64,000 bases of DNA from an uncultured Fibrobacterota bacterium. GTDB lineage: Bacteria > Fibrobacterota > Chitinivibrionia > Chitinivibrionales > FEN-1185. This document shows positions 10,214-20,453 of this stretch, one piece after another. Position 1 is the stretch's first letter. The number at the start of each line of letters is the position of its first letter. The notes under the pieces were generated by a model that saw nothing but the letters and a program-made list of their open reading frames with translations, was not told where the DNA came from and did no database searches. Made by a program: the position numbers and the translations under genes. The DNA is taken from NCBI GenBank assembly GCA_963729895.1, contig CAVSQB010000016.1, positions 1 to 64,000 of the forward strand. Direction: 5' to 3'.

Positions 10214-10420
10214 ACAGACTCTCCTTACTCTGGGACAATTACCTGCCGGGAAACTAGGGCGTCCGGCCCGGTGACCAATTGCCACCTTGGATGCGCGCTC
10301 AGCCGGTGAAAAAGTTTTGGGCGTCTAAGGGTTTCGCCGTATTCCGAAAAACGGTTCCTGGTATCGACAAAATACCTCGGGTAGAGGCGTTATCACAGTG
10401 ATTTGCACCGGACTTGCCGT

Positions 10421-10435
10421 TGGCACCATCTTTGC
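10421..10435 (+). promoter_or_regulatory. Sigma-54 promoter upstream of a small ORF
   Basis: TGGCAC-CATCT-TTGC, matches the core consensus. Confidence 0.7.
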
Positions 10436-10494
10436 CACTTATTCCAAAAGGCAAGGACATATAGACTGCCGGATAAAAGCAAAAGGAGCCGAAA

Positions 10495-10587
10495 ATGGTC
10501 CGCATCGTTGCAGCAGCACTGGGTGCATTGGGGATTGTCGAAATATTGTGTCTCTCTCTCATCATCATCGGGCTTTCTTCGCCCTAA
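10495..10587 (+). CDS. Putative 30-aa single-pass membrane peptide (not in the ORF track)
   Basis: AAGGAG RBS at 10483-10488; MVRIVAAALGALGIVEILCLSLIIIGLSSP*. Confidence 0.55.
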   Translation: MVRIVAAALGALGIVEILCLSLIIIGLSSP

Positions 10588-10916
10588 AGCACCCGCCTAT
10601 CCGTAACGTGCAATGCCCGTGCCGGAAGCTGTCTTATTCCTGGAAAAGACGTTTTCAAAGCGGGGGAACCCAGTTTTGCGAGTCGATAATGGTGCGCTGA
10701 CTTGTTTAACCCCTGCCAAAGCCAGAGCGCCCCCGGCCTTTTCCCAAGGACGATAAATGCGTTCTCATTACTACAAAACCGCGGTTCCCGGACCTATGGG
10801 TCCAAAGGAAAGCTCTACAGAAGGTTGACAAATGTGCATTTTCATGCCATCAAAAGCCTCGGCACAATTCTCAAATTCGGTCCTGTCTTCCATTTTGAAA
10901 AATCATCCCGAGAGTT

Positions 10917-10931
10917 GGGCACAGGGTTTGC
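10917..10931 (+). promoter_or_regulatory. Sigma-54 promoter of the EPS + arm
   Basis: GGGCAC-AGGGT-TTGC. Confidence 0.65.
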
Positions 10932-11027
10932 GTATTGTATGGTCAAGGGGAGAGGAAAAGGAAGAGAATACCAAGCGTGCTCTCGCACACGACAGCACAG
11001 GGCAAGCATGAGGGAAAGGAAGAGCAT

Positions 11028-12188
11028 ATGAACGCAGAAAAACAGAAGAAATTCCTGCTGAGTGATTTGAGCCTTCCGAGGATGGATCTAAACCGCCGGA
11101 ACAATCATGTGTTTGATGAGGAGTTCGGTTTCTATTCGGAAGAATATTTCCGCGAAATGCTTGCAACCGAACGCAAGAGAACCGAACGGTCGCAGAAGCC
11201 GATTATCCTCCTCATGATCGACATTGCGGAGATTCTCAGATCACTTCCCAAAAAGCAACTTGTGCGGCATGTCGCCGCTGTACTCACGAGTTCGGCCCGC
11301 GAAATCGATATCAAGGGGTGGTACAGGTTCAACCACAGCATCGGCGTCATCTACACCGAAACCAGCACGGCTGGAAAGGAATCCATTCTGCAGAAGGTTC
11401 ATGTGAACCTGGGGCTTGCCTTCGGCCCGGTGATGGCCGAAAAGGTTATTGTCACCTATGCATCATTTCCTGAAGACGGGGCCAGGGCAGACTTGCAGGA
11501 CGGCTACATTGCCGATATCCGTTTCTATCCTTCGCCGTACAATGGCTCTCCGGGAAAAAAGGCGTCCCTGTTTCTCAAGAGAATGGTAGACATTACGGGA
11601 AGCTGCGCCCTGATCCTGCTGTTTCTTCCTTTCTTTGTTATAATAGCGGCGCTGATAAAATTGACGTCAAAGGGCCCGGTGTTCTTTACCCAGACCCGTG
11701 TCGGACGCGGCGGCAGGCCGTTCAGGTTCATCAAATTCAGGTCTATGTATGTCGGCAACGACAGTTCAATTCACAAGGAGTATGTCAAAAAATTGATACA
11801 AGGGGAGTCGGGCGAGGCCACGCCGGGTACCAATGCAATCTACAAAATAACAAATGATCCCCGGGTGACTGCCATAGGGAGATTCATCCGGAAAACAAGT
11901 CTTGACGAACTACCCCAGTTCTTCAACGTACTCAAAGGCGACATGGCACTGGTTGGCCCGCGCCCCCCCATTCCGTATGAACTGGAGAATTACCACGTCT
12001 GGCACAAGCGCAGGGTCTTGGAGGCCAAGCCCGGGATTACGGGGTTCTGGCAGGTGGCGGGTCGAAGCACCACAACATTTGATACCATGGTGCGAATGGA
12101 TCTTCAGTATGTGATGCGCTGGTCGCTGTGGTGGGACATCAAGTTGATTTTACGGACGCCCCTCGCAATTCTAAAGGGAGCATATTAA
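11028..12188 (+). CDS. Priming glycosyltransferase (Bac_transf) with N-terminal degenerate GGDEF-like domain
   Basis: KRMVDI, KFRSM, DPRVT, SLDELPQ, GPRP, KPGITG; N-terminal ~150 aa align by eye to a GGDEF domain. Confidence 0.93.
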   Translation: MNAEKQKKFLLSDLSLPRMDLNRRNNHVFDEEFGFYSEEYFREMLATERKRTERSQKPIILLMIDIAEILRSLPKKQLVRHVAAVLTSSAREIDIKGWYRFNHSIGVIYTETSTAGKESILQKVHVNLGLAFGPVMAEKVIVTYASFPEDGARADLQDGYIADIRFYPSPYNGSPGKKASLFLKRMVDITGSCALILLFLPFFVIIAALIKLTSKGPVFFTQTRVGRGGRPFRFIKFRSMYVGNDSSIHKEYVKKLIQGESGEATPGTNAIYKITNDPRVTAIGRFIRKTSLDELPQFFNVLKGDMALVGPRPPIPYELENYHVWHKRRVLEAKPGITGFWQVAGRSTTTFDTMVRMDLQYVMRWSLWWDIKLILRTPLAILKGAY

Positions 12189-12257
12189 CGCAAGGGACAA
12201 CGAATACCTCATTCCGCCGGGCTGTAGAAGCCTGTGCACTAGAAAACGGTGGATTGC

Positions 12258-13259
12258 ATGTTGCAAATAGGAGTCATCGGATACGGTTACTGGGGGCCCA
12301 ACATCGTTCGGAATTTCATTAACGCAGATGATGCGCGAGTGGCAATGGTGTGCGACAAGAATTCGGAATCCCTCAAGCGGCTTGCGGCAAACCATCCGTG
12401 CGTGGAAACGGTCACCGACTGCGATACGGTCCTCACTTCTCCCGGAATCGATGCCGTAGCCATTGTGACTCCGGTTTCCACTCACTACGAACTGGCAAAA
12501 CGCGCGCTGGAAAACGGGAAGCACGTCTTTATTGAAAAGCCCTTTACCGATTCGGTGCCGCACGCCGAAGAGCTGGTGGATCTCGCGGACAAAAAGCACC
12601 GTATCATTATGGTAGACCATACATTCCTCTTCACCGGCGCCGTAAAGAAGATAAAGGAGCTCCTGAACGAAAAAGCTCTCGGCAACATTTACTATTACGA
12701 CTCCACGCGGGTGAATCTGGGACTGTTCCAGCACGACGTAAACGTTATCTGGGACCTAGCGCCCCACGATTTTGCCATCATGAACCACGTTATTGCCGAC
12801 AGACCCACCGCCGTGACCGCGTGCGGGCGCTCGCATGTCAATGGGCACGAAGATATCGCCTACATTACGATCTATTTCAACTCCAATCTCATCGGGCACA
12901 TCAACGTGAACTGGCTCTCTCCTGTCAAGGTGCGCAGTACGCTCATCGGCGGCGAGAAGAAAATGCTCGTGTGGAACGACGGCACGGACGACGAGAAGAT
13001 AAAGGTGTACGACAAGGGAATCGACGTCACCACCAAGCAAGGCATATACGACCTTCTCGTAAATTACCGGTCGGGAGACATCTGGACGCCCAAGCTGGAC
13101 ACCCGGGAGGCGCTCAAAGAGGAGACTTCCTATTTTGTCGAATGCGTGCGCGCCGGCAAGAAGCCCCTCAACGACGGCGAGGCCGGCCTGCAGGTGGTCC
13201 GGCTGCTCGACGCGTGCGACAGGTCGCTGCGCCAGAATGGAAAGACGGTTGCACTATGA
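12258..13259 (+). CDS. Gfo/Idh/MocA oxidoreductase (WbpB-like)
   Basis: GYGYWG, HVFIEKP, WDLAPHD. Confidence 0.88.
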   Translation: MLQIGVIGYGYWGPNIVRNFINADDARVAMVCDKNSESLKRLAANHPCVETVTDCDTVLTSPGIDAVAIVTPVSTHYELAKRALENGKHVFIEKPFTDSVPHAEELVDLADKKHRIIMVDHTFLFTGAVKKIKELLNEKALGNIYYYDSTRVNLGLFQHDVNVIWDLAPHDFAIMNHVIADRPTAVTACGRSHVNGHEDIAYITIYFNSNLIGHINVNWLSPVKVRSTLIGGEKKMLVWNDGTDDEKIKVYDKGIDVTTKQGIYDLLVNYRSGDIWTPKLDTREALKEETSYFVECVRAGKKPLNDGEAGLQVVRLLDACDRSLRQNGKTVAL

Positions 13260-13735
13260 ACAGCGTTTTTATAGCAGACGACGTACAGTTGGGGGCGAAC
13301 GTCAGTTTGTCTAAATGCATCAACTTGTACGGCTGCAAGATCGGGGATAACACTAAAATAGGCGCGTTCGTGGAAGTCCAGAAGAACTCGATCATCGGCA
13401 GCAACTGCAAAATCGAAAGCCACACGTTTGTCTGCGAGGGTGTGCAAGTTGAAGACAATGTGTTTGTAGGCCATGGAGTTACTTTTATCAACGACAAATA
13501 TCCGCGCGCAACGGCCGCAAACGGCGCGCTTAAGACCGAAAAACACTGGGCCGTTGCGCCAACGCGGGTGAAAAAAGGCGCATCAATTGGTTCGGGTGCA
13601 ACCATACTGTGCAACGTGACCATCGGCGAGAACGCCATTGTAGGCGCCGGCAGCGTCGTGGTAAAAGACGTTGAGCCCAACACAATCGTTGCCGGAAACC
13701 CGGCAAAAATGATAAGGAGAACCAATGACAACTAA
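13256..13735 (+). CDS. Hexapeptide-repeat N-acetyltransferase (WbpD-like)
   Basis: Left-handed beta-helix repeats, FINDKYP, VAGNPA; ATG overlaps the upstream stop. Confidence 0.9.
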   Translation: MNSVFIADDVQLGANVSLSKCINLYGCKIGDNTKIGAFVEVQKNSIIGSNCKIESHTFVCEGVQVEDNVFVGHGVTFINDKYPRATAANGALKTEKHWAVAPTRVKKGASIGSGATILCNVTIGENAIVGAGSVVVKDVEPNTIVAGNPAKMIRRTNDN

Positions 13736-14957
13736 AAACATTCCCTTCCTCGACCTTGCGCAGATCCATGTCTCGCTCGAAAAAGAACTCACCGACGTAT
13801 TTGTCGCCGCCCTGCGCAGCGGCAAATTTGTGGGCGGCACGGCAGTGGAAACTCTGGAAAAGCAATTTGCGCAGTTTTGCGGCACGGGCTACGCTATAGC
13901 GGTGAACAGCGGGACAGACGCGCTGCGTTTCGCTTTGTTTGCCGCGGGCGTAAAGCCGGGGGATATTGTCATAACCGTGCCCAACACGTTTATTGCCACA
14001 ACCGAGGCGATTTCGCAGGTAGGCGCAAACCCCCTGTTCGTGGATGTGGACACGCAAACCTACACCATGTCGCCCCGGAAGCTTGAAGCCTTTTTCCAGA
14101 AGAATTGCCGCACCGAGAAGGGCTCGGGAAAAACGGTACTAAAGGAAACAGGCGAGCCCGTAACGGCGATTCTGCCGGTGCACCTGTACGGACAGATGGC
14201 CGACATGGACGCCATGCTGGACATTGCGCAGCGCCATAACTGCATCGTTATCGAAGATGCGTGCCAAGCGCACGGCGCAGCTTACCTGTCGAAGAAATCA
14301 AAATCCTGGCACAAAGCGGGAGCTATGGGAAAGGCCGGCGCGTTCAGCTTCTATCCCGGAAAAAACCTCGGCGCCCTCGGCGAAGGCGGCATGGTGACGA
14401 CGAACGACCCTGGGATCGACGACGCGGTTCGGATGCTGCGCGACCACGGCCAGCGAAGAAAGTACTATCACGACATGGAAGGCTACAACGGCCGCCTTGA
14501 CGCCATCCAAGCGGGGTTTCTGTCCGTAAAACTGCAGTACCTTGACACATGGAACAACGAGCGCAGGGAACGAGCCCATTATTATGACTACCTGTTCAAC
14601 GAATTCAACGGCGTTGTCCCGCCTTTCGAGGCCGATTGGAGCAAGGCCGTGCACCACTTATATGTTGTGCGGGTTACCGACAGAGACGAACTCAAGCAGT
14701 ACCTTGACGCACGAGGAATCGCGACCGGGCTGCATTACCCGGTGCCTCTTCATTTACAGAAAGCGTATGAAACGCTCGGGTACAGGGATGGCGACTTTCC
14801 GGTTTCCGAAAAGGCGGCAAAAGAAATTCTTTCATTGCCCATGTTCCCCTCGCTCACGGAGGAACAGCAGGACCGGGTTGCAGAATCCATCGCGGATTTC
14901 ATGGAAAGCAAAAAATCCAAGAAACACGAGTTTCAGGCGGAAGGCGCGACCGCATAG
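13725..14957 (+). CDS. DegT/DnrJ/EryC1/StrS aminotransferase (WbpE-like)
   Basis: NSGTDAL, VHLYGQ, EDACQAHGA, SFYPGKNLG. Confidence 0.93.
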   Translation: MTTKNIPFLDLAQIHVSLEKELTDVFVAALRSGKFVGGTAVETLEKQFAQFCGTGYAIAVNSGTDALRFALFAAGVKPGDIVITVPNTFIATTEAISQVGANPLFVDVDTQTYTMSPRKLEAFFQKNCRTEKGSGKTVLKETGEPVTAILPVHLYGQMADMDAMLDIAQRHNCIVIEDACQAHGAAYLSKKSKSWHKAGAMGKAGAFSFYPGKNLGALGEGGMVTTNDPGIDDAVRMLRDHGQRRKYYHDMEGYNGRLDAIQAGFLSVKLQYLDTWNNERRERAHYYDYLFNEFNGVVPPFEADWSKAVHHLYVVRVTDRDELKQYLDARGIATGLHYPVPLHLQKAYETLGYRDGDFPVSEKAAKEILSLPMFPSLTEEQQDRVAESIADFMESKKSKKHEFQAEGATA

Positions 14958-14968
14958 CGGGAAACATC

Positions 14969-16009
14969 ATGGCATTGAAGCTTGATATCATCAATCCGGT
15001 TGAAAGCAAGGAGTGGGATAAAGTGGTCCTGTCGAACCAGGACTATTCCTTCTTTCACTCCAGGTGCTGGGCAAGAACCCTTCTTGATTCGTACAACTTT
15101 ATTCCGCTGTACTTTTCCATTGTGCAGAACGGAAAACTGGCGGTGCTGATTCCGGTAATGGAAATAAGTAACGCTCTTATCCGGAAAAAGGGCGTGTCGC
15201 TGCCATTTACGGATATGAGCAATCCGATTATCGACGCCGAAATACCCTGGCGCGACGTGTATGATGCGCTCATCGTGTATGGAAAAAATGCAGGCTGGAA
15301 ATCCCTGGAAATCCGGGGGGACGATCACGTCAACGACGAGTCGATCCCTTCAACAGACTATTTCAATCATACTCTTCCGCTGGAAAGCGACGAAGAAGCC
15401 ATGTTCCGCGGTTTTTCCAACGGCACAAAAGGCAACATCAAGAAGGCGGAGCGTGAAGGCGTGGAGGTTTCAATCACCACCGACCGGAGTTCACTTGAGG
15501 AGTTTTACAAACTTCACAGTGCGACCCGCAAGCGCCACGGCATGCCGCCGCAGCCCTTTTCCTTTTTTGCCGCGGTGCACACCCATGTGCTGTCGACCAA
15601 CAACGGATTAGTCGCGCTTGCCAGGATCAAGGGCAAACCTATTGCCGGCGCAGTCTTTTTTCATTTTGGAGCCAAGGCCGTTTACAAGTACTCGGCCTCC
15701 GACATGGCTTACCAGAACGTGCGGGCAAACAATCTTGTATTGTGGGAGGCTATCCGTTGGTACGGCAGGAACAAATTCACCACCTTGTGTCTGGGAAGAA
15801 CCGAGCCGGCAAACGGCGGGCTCAGGCATTACAAATCCAGCTGGGGAGCGCGAGAGGAAATCTTGAAATACTACAAGTATGACTTTTCAAAAGGAGCCTA
15901 TGTGAAGGAAGAATCCCGCATGCCGATCTTCTATGAAACAATCTTCAGAAACATGCCGTCGCCTCTCCTCGAAGCGCTCGGATCAGTACTTTACAAATAC
16001 GTCGCATAG
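14969..16009 (+). CDS. FemAB-like/GNAT-family transferase
   Basis: SLPFTD, IKKAEREGV, GLRHYKSSWG; paralog of 16996-18048. Confidence 0.8.
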   Translation: MALKLDIINPVESKEWDKVVLSNQDYSFFHSRCWARTLLDSYNFIPLYFSIVQNGKLAVLIPVMEISNALIRKKGVSLPFTDMSNPIIDAEIPWRDVYDALIVYGKNAGWKSLEIRGDDHVNDESIPSTDYFNHTLPLESDEEAMFRGFSNGTKGNIKKAEREGVEVSITTDRSSLEEFYKLHSATRKRHGMPPQPFSFFAAVHTHVLSTNNGLVALARIKGKPIAGAVFFHFGAKAVYKYSASDMAYQNVRANNLVLWEAIRWYGRNKFTTLCLGRTEPANGGLRHYKSSWGAREEILKYYKYDFSKGAYVKEESRMPIFYETIFRNMPSPLLEALGSVLYKYVA

Positions 16010-16020
16010 AAAGAAGACCC

Positions 16021-16992
16021 ATGGGTACCGGACTATTCTACGCAATCAAACCCCTCATCCCGCGACGGCTGCAGTTATTCTTGCGGAGAACCCTCGTTCA
16101 GCAAAAGCGTCTGCGTTGTGCCGGGGTGTGGCCCATAGATCCTGCGGCGGGCATTTCTCCCGCCGGTTGGAGCGGATGGCCCGGTAACAAAAAGTTCGCG
16201 CTTGTGCTCACTCACGACGTGGATACACAAAAGGGTCACGACTCGTGCCTTTCGCTTATGAACCTCGAAAAGCATGCCGGATTTATTTCCTCATTCAATT
16301 TTGTTCCCGAACGCTACCTTGTCTCGTGTGAAGTGCAGGATGCGCTTTCGGACAACGGGTTCGAAATTGGCGTGCACGGTCTCAAGCACGACGGGAAGCT
16401 TTTCAGCTCGCGCGCCGTATTCAACGAACAGGCAGCAAAAATCAACGAATACATTCGCGAGTGGGGAGCGGTCGGATTTCGCGCTCCTTCCATGATCCGC
16501 AACCTGGAGTGGATAAAGGACCTGAACGTGGAATACGACGCCTCAACGTTCGACACAGACCCGTTTGAGCCCCAGCCCGATGGGGTGGGCACCATATATC
16601 CGTTCTGGGTGAATGGAGCTCCCGGGAAAAGGGGATACGTTGAGCTTCCGTATACACTGTGCCAGGATTTCTCGCTGTTCATTCTTATGCGGGAAAAAGG
16701 CATTTCGGTTTGGAAGGAGAAGCTCGACTGGATTGCAGCGCACGGGGGAATGGCGCTTATCAACACCCATCCCGACTATATGAATTTCTCCCAAATGGCC
16801 TGCGGCCTCGAGGAATATCCGTCTGCCTTCTACGGGGACTTCCTGTTTTATGTCAAGCACAGATATGCAGGTGAGTACTGGCACGTTCTTCCCAAAGACG
16901 TGGCGCGATTCTGGAAGCACCGGCCGGACGCAGGCGTCACCGGAGCAAGCACCCTTCATGCAATGAAGGAACAACAATCCATTGCGAGTTGA
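16021..16992 (+). CDS. Polysaccharide deacetylase family protein
   Basis: THDVD, EIGVHG, GFRAP, THPD. Confidence 0.8.
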   Translation: MGTGLFYAIKPLIPRRLQLFLRRTLVQQKRLRCAGVWPIDPAAGISPAGWSGWPGNKKFALVLTHDVDTQKGHDSCLSLMNLEKHAGFISSFNFVPERYLVSCEVQDALSDNGFEIGVHGLKHDGKLFSSRAVFNEQAAKINEYIREWGAVGFRAPSMIRNLEWIKDLNVEYDASTFDTDPFEPQPDGVGTIYPFWVNGAPGKRGYVELPYTLCQDFSLFILMREKGISVWKEKLDWIAAHGGMALINTHPDYMNFSQMACGLEEYPSAFYGDFLFYVKHRYAGEYWHVLPKDVARFWKHRPDAGVTGASTLHAMKEQQSIAS

Positions 16993-16995
16993 GCC

Positions 16996-18048
16996 ATGAA
17001 ATTCGAAACAGTGTCCCTTTCCGACGCCGCGGCGACAAAGTCCTGGGACGACTACGTGGAGGCGCACCCACGTGCGACCCCTTCTCATTTATCAAGCTGG
17101 CTGTCCGCAATCGAGGCAACGTATTCCTTTGAACCGTTGCTGTACGTTGCAAAGGGGGACGACGATGCCATCGTTGGCGTGTTCCCGCTCTTTAAGATTC
17201 GAGGCGCGCTTGCGGGTATCCGCATCGTGTCGTTGCCCTTTTCCGATTATGGCGGCCCGTTGTGCAACAACGCGGCTGTTGAGGAGGAACTGGTGCGGCA
17301 TGTGCGCGGCGCTTGCCAGTACGGAATCCGGTATCTGGAGATCCGTGCCGGCCTGCAATCCCCGGGCGACCTGCTTCCCTACAACTATTACAAGCGCCAT
17401 GTGATGAATCTGGAGCAAGGTCTTTCGGTCCTGCAAACCAAGATTGACAAAAAGACAATACACTATTGCATACGCAAGGCCGAGAAGGCCGGCGTCATTG
17501 TACGTCAGGACAATACCCGGAGAGGCCTTGACGCTTTCTATCACCTCAACAACCTCACGAGGAGAAAACACGGCGTGCCGTCACAGCCGCGAGCGTTCTT
17601 CGAAAACCTCTTTTCCCGTCTCGTTGCTAAAAAAGCCGGGTTCATCATGGTCGCGGAGCACGAATCCGCCATCGTAGCCGCGTCGCTGTTTCTTACCGTG
17701 GGCAAGCAGATCCACTACAAGTACAATGCTTCGGATCCCGCGGTTCTCAAAAGGCTGTCCCCCAATCACCTGCTTACGTGGCACGTTATTGCCTGGGGAG
17801 TTGAACACGGCTATGCAGCGCTCGATTTTGGACGGACGTCTCCGGATAACGAGGGGCTCATTCGGTACAAGAATATGTGGGGAATGGAAGACAAAGACCT
17901 TCCGTACTACTATTATCCTCGTGTCAAAGGAGCCGTTTCAACGAAAGAGAGCGGCATAAGCTATCGTTTGGTAACGTCGATGTGGCGGCACCTTCCGCTG
18001 CCCGTAATGGAATTGTCGAGTTCGGTTTTGTACAAGCATCTCGGATAA
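16996..18048 (+). CDS. FemAB-like/GNAT-family transferase
   Basis: SLPFSDYGG, IRKAEKAGV, DFGRT, YKNMWG. Confidence 0.82.
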   Translation: MKFETVSLSDAAATKSWDDYVEAHPRATPSHLSSWLSAIEATYSFEPLLYVAKGDDDAIVGVFPLFKIRGALAGIRIVSLPFSDYGGPLCNNAAVEEELVRHVRGACQYGIRYLEIRAGLQSPGDLLPYNYYKRHVMNLEQGLSVLQTKIDKKTIHYCIRKAEKAGVIVRQDNTRRGLDAFYHLNNLTRRKHGVPSQPRAFFENLFSRLVAKKAGFIMVAEHESAIVAASLFLTVGKQIHYKYNASDPAVLKRLSPNHLLTWHVIAWGVEHGYAALDFGRTSPDNEGLIRYKNMWGMEDKDLPYYYYPRVKGAVSTKESGISYRLVTSMWRHLPLPVMELSSSVLYKHLG

Positions 18049-18062
18049 AAGCGCGAGGAATT

Positions 18063-19250
18063 ATGTCTCTTTCAACCAGCATCCGCATGATCCCCCGGTA
18101 TCATTGGGAATACGGGCTTATTGATATGTGGAAAGCCGCTTTCGGCGCGAACAAACGGGCCGAGTCCCAACCGTCTTCGTTTGGCGAACTGTTCCGGGGA
18201 CCGTACCATTTTACAACATCGGGCCGGGTGTCCCTCTTTACGATCCTCCGTTCGCTCAATCTCCCGGCCGGCGCACGCGTTGGCGTGCCCCTTTTCTGCT
18301 GCCCCGTGGTGTTCGATGCCGTGCAACAAGCAGGATGCACCCCGGAATTCATTGACATAACGGACGATACCTATACGATTTCGCCCTCCCACCTGAAAGA
18401 AAAGCGCGATACACTCTCCGCGGTCGTTGCGGTGCACATGTTCGGGCATCCCGCGGACATGGACGCGGTGATGGCTGCAGCGGGGGACATTCCCGTTATT
18501 GAAGATTGCGCTCAGGCGCTTTTCAGCACCTACAAAGGGCGACTTGCCGGAACCATAGGCGCGGCATCATTCTTTTCCTTCAGGTCCGGTAAATATGTTT
18601 CGGCAGGGGAAGGAAGCGCCATACTCTGCAACACGACGGCATTTTCGAATGCCATACAAACGATAGTGGAATCGTTTCCGTCGTGGCGGTTCCACCAGTC
18701 GGCGCTGCACGCCCTTGCCACCTACATCAAGACCACCATGTACAACAGACCGTGGTACGGGACCGTTGGACAGCCGCTTGGCAGCAAGCTCGATAGATCC
18801 CTGAACCTTACCGCAAAATCAGGATTTACAATGCGGCAAATTTCGCCGGGCGATTTTCGCATCATGAACGACCGGTTGCGGTCATTCCGGCCGAGGGTCC
18901 AAAAACAAAGGGAATACGCCCACCATTTGTTGGGCGCGCTGAGCCTCAAGAACGCCGTCCTCCCGCGTGAGAAACCGGGATCCGAAAGCAATTATTATCA
19001 GTTCGCAATCCGGCTTGCGGACCAAAGCCTGCGCGACCGGCTGGCCGCCCATGTGCGCGAATCGGGCATAGACGCGGCCAAGTACCTCGACGGCATCGGC
19101 CGGGAGTCGGCATCGTTGTACGGATACGCCAGCGATTGCCCGGTTGCCGAACGGTGTGCGAGCACGGTAGTAACCGTGCCCGCTTATTATTCGTTGTCTT
19201 GGGACGATATCGCGCGTCTCGTTCACAGTATCAACAGTTTTCCCGGGTAG
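18063..19250 (+). CDS. Divergent DegT-family PLP-dependent aminotransferase
   Basis: VHMFG, IEDCAQA, SFRSGK. Confidence 0.8.
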   Translation: MSLSTSIRMIPRYHWEYGLIDMWKAAFGANKRAESQPSSFGELFRGPYHFTTSGRVSLFTILRSLNLPAGARVGVPLFCCPVVFDAVQQAGCTPEFIDITDDTYTISPSHLKEKRDTLSAVVAVHMFGHPADMDAVMAAAGDIPVIEDCAQALFSTYKGRLAGTIGAASFFSFRSGKYVSAGEGSAILCNTTAFSNAIQTIVESFPSWRFHQSALHALATYIKTTMYNRPWYGTVGQPLGSKLDRSLNLTAKSGFTMRQISPGDFRIMNDRLRSFRPRVQKQREYAHHLLGALSLKNAVLPREKPGSESNYYQFAIRLADQSLRDRLAAHVRESGIDAAKYLDGIGRESASLYGYASDCPVAERCASTVVTVPAYYSLSWDDIARLVHSINSFPG

Positions 19251-19268
19251 ACACAAGGAGTACATTCA

Positions 19269-20447
19269 ATGAACTCGTGCACCGTTGCCTACGCTTTTTA
19301 CGAAACCGATTTCAGGGTGAGCCGATATGCGGAGGCGCTCGCCGGACCCGGAAGAAAGACGGACGCCATCGCGCTGCAATCGGAGGGCAAAAAGAAAGTT
19401 GAAATAATAAACGGCGTCAGGCTGCGTCGCATCCAGAAAAGGCGGTTCGACGATCAGGGCGGGCCTTTCGATTACCTGGTGAAAATGGGCGTATTTTTTG
19501 TCAAGGCAAGCGCGATAATCCTTGTGAACCATCTCCGGTACCGTTACGACCTTATTATCGTCCATAATGTTCCCGACTTCTTCGTGTTCACCGCCCTGAT
19601 ACCCCGGATCCTCGGCGCAAAGGTGATGCTGGATATACACGACATCCTTCCGGAGTTCTTTTGCCAGCGGTTCCACAAACCGCTCGGATCGGCGTACGGG
19701 AAACTGCTGAGGATCGCGGAATATGCGTCGGTGAAATTCTGCAACTTTGTGATTACCGGTAACGACCTGTGGCGGGAAAAGATTTCCAAAAGGGACCACA
19801 TTCCCCTTGAGCGAACAATAGGATTTGTGAACTATCCGCACCTTGAGTATTTCCGCGGCATAAACTACCAGGTGCGCGCCAACGGCCTTTCGGTGATTTA
19901 TCCGGGTCATTTGTCGCACCATCATGGCATCGACATTGCGGTGAAAGCCATGCCCATTGTGAAGAAAACCGTTCCGCAGGCGCGCCTGGATATTTATGCC
20001 GCATCGTGGGTGCCGCAGTACCGTTACCAACTGGAACATCTTATTGCCGACCTGAATCTGGACGGCGCGGTACGTATCCATCCGCCAAAGAACATTTACG
20101 AACTGGTGGAGATTTACAAAACAGCGGACGTCGGCGTGGTGCCCAAACGGGGCGGGTTTTTCGCTTCCGAGGCTTTCAGCTCCAAGATCCTCGATTTCAT
20201 GGCCTCGGGAATTCCCATCGTGGCGTCCCGCACAACCATCGACGAATATTATTTCGACAATTCGATGATCATGTTCTTTGAGCCGGAAAATCACGAGGAC
20301 CTTGCACGATGCATCGTTGCCCTGCATCAGGACCCGGCAAAACGGAAAGCGCTCTCGGAGAAGGGGAAGCGGTATGCTTCCGAAAACAACTGGGAGATCA
20401 AGAAACAGGAATTCATGAACATCGTGAAATCATTTGTGAAGGAATGA
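19269..20447 (+). CDS. Glycosyltransferase family 4
   Basis: D.RVSRYA, DIHD..PE, KILDFMASGIP. Confidence 0.88.
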   Translation: MNSCTVAYAFYETDFRVSRYAEALAGPGRKTDAIALQSEGKKKVEIINGVRLRRIQKRRFDDQGGPFDYLVKMGVFFVKASAIILVNHLRYRYDLIIVHNVPDFFVFTALIPRILGAKVMLDIHDILPEFFCQRFHKPLGSAYGKLLRIAEYASVKFCNFVITGNDLWREKISKRDHIPLERTIGFVNYPHLEYFRGINYQVRANGLSVIYPGHLSHHHGIDIAVKAMPIVKKTVPQARLDIYAASWVPQYRYQLEHLIADLNLDGAVRIHPPKNIYELVEIYKTADVGVVPKRGGFFASEAFSSKILDFMASGIPIVASRTTIDEYYFDNSMIMFFEPENHEDLARCIVALHQDPAKRKALSEKGKRYASENNWEIKKQEFMNIVKSFVKE

Positions 20448-20453
20448 AACGGC

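Noticed and set aside
10405..10419. CGGCAA-GTCCG-GTGC as an htrA sigma-54 promoter
   Set aside because: Weak -12 element, and it abuts the stronger + strand motif
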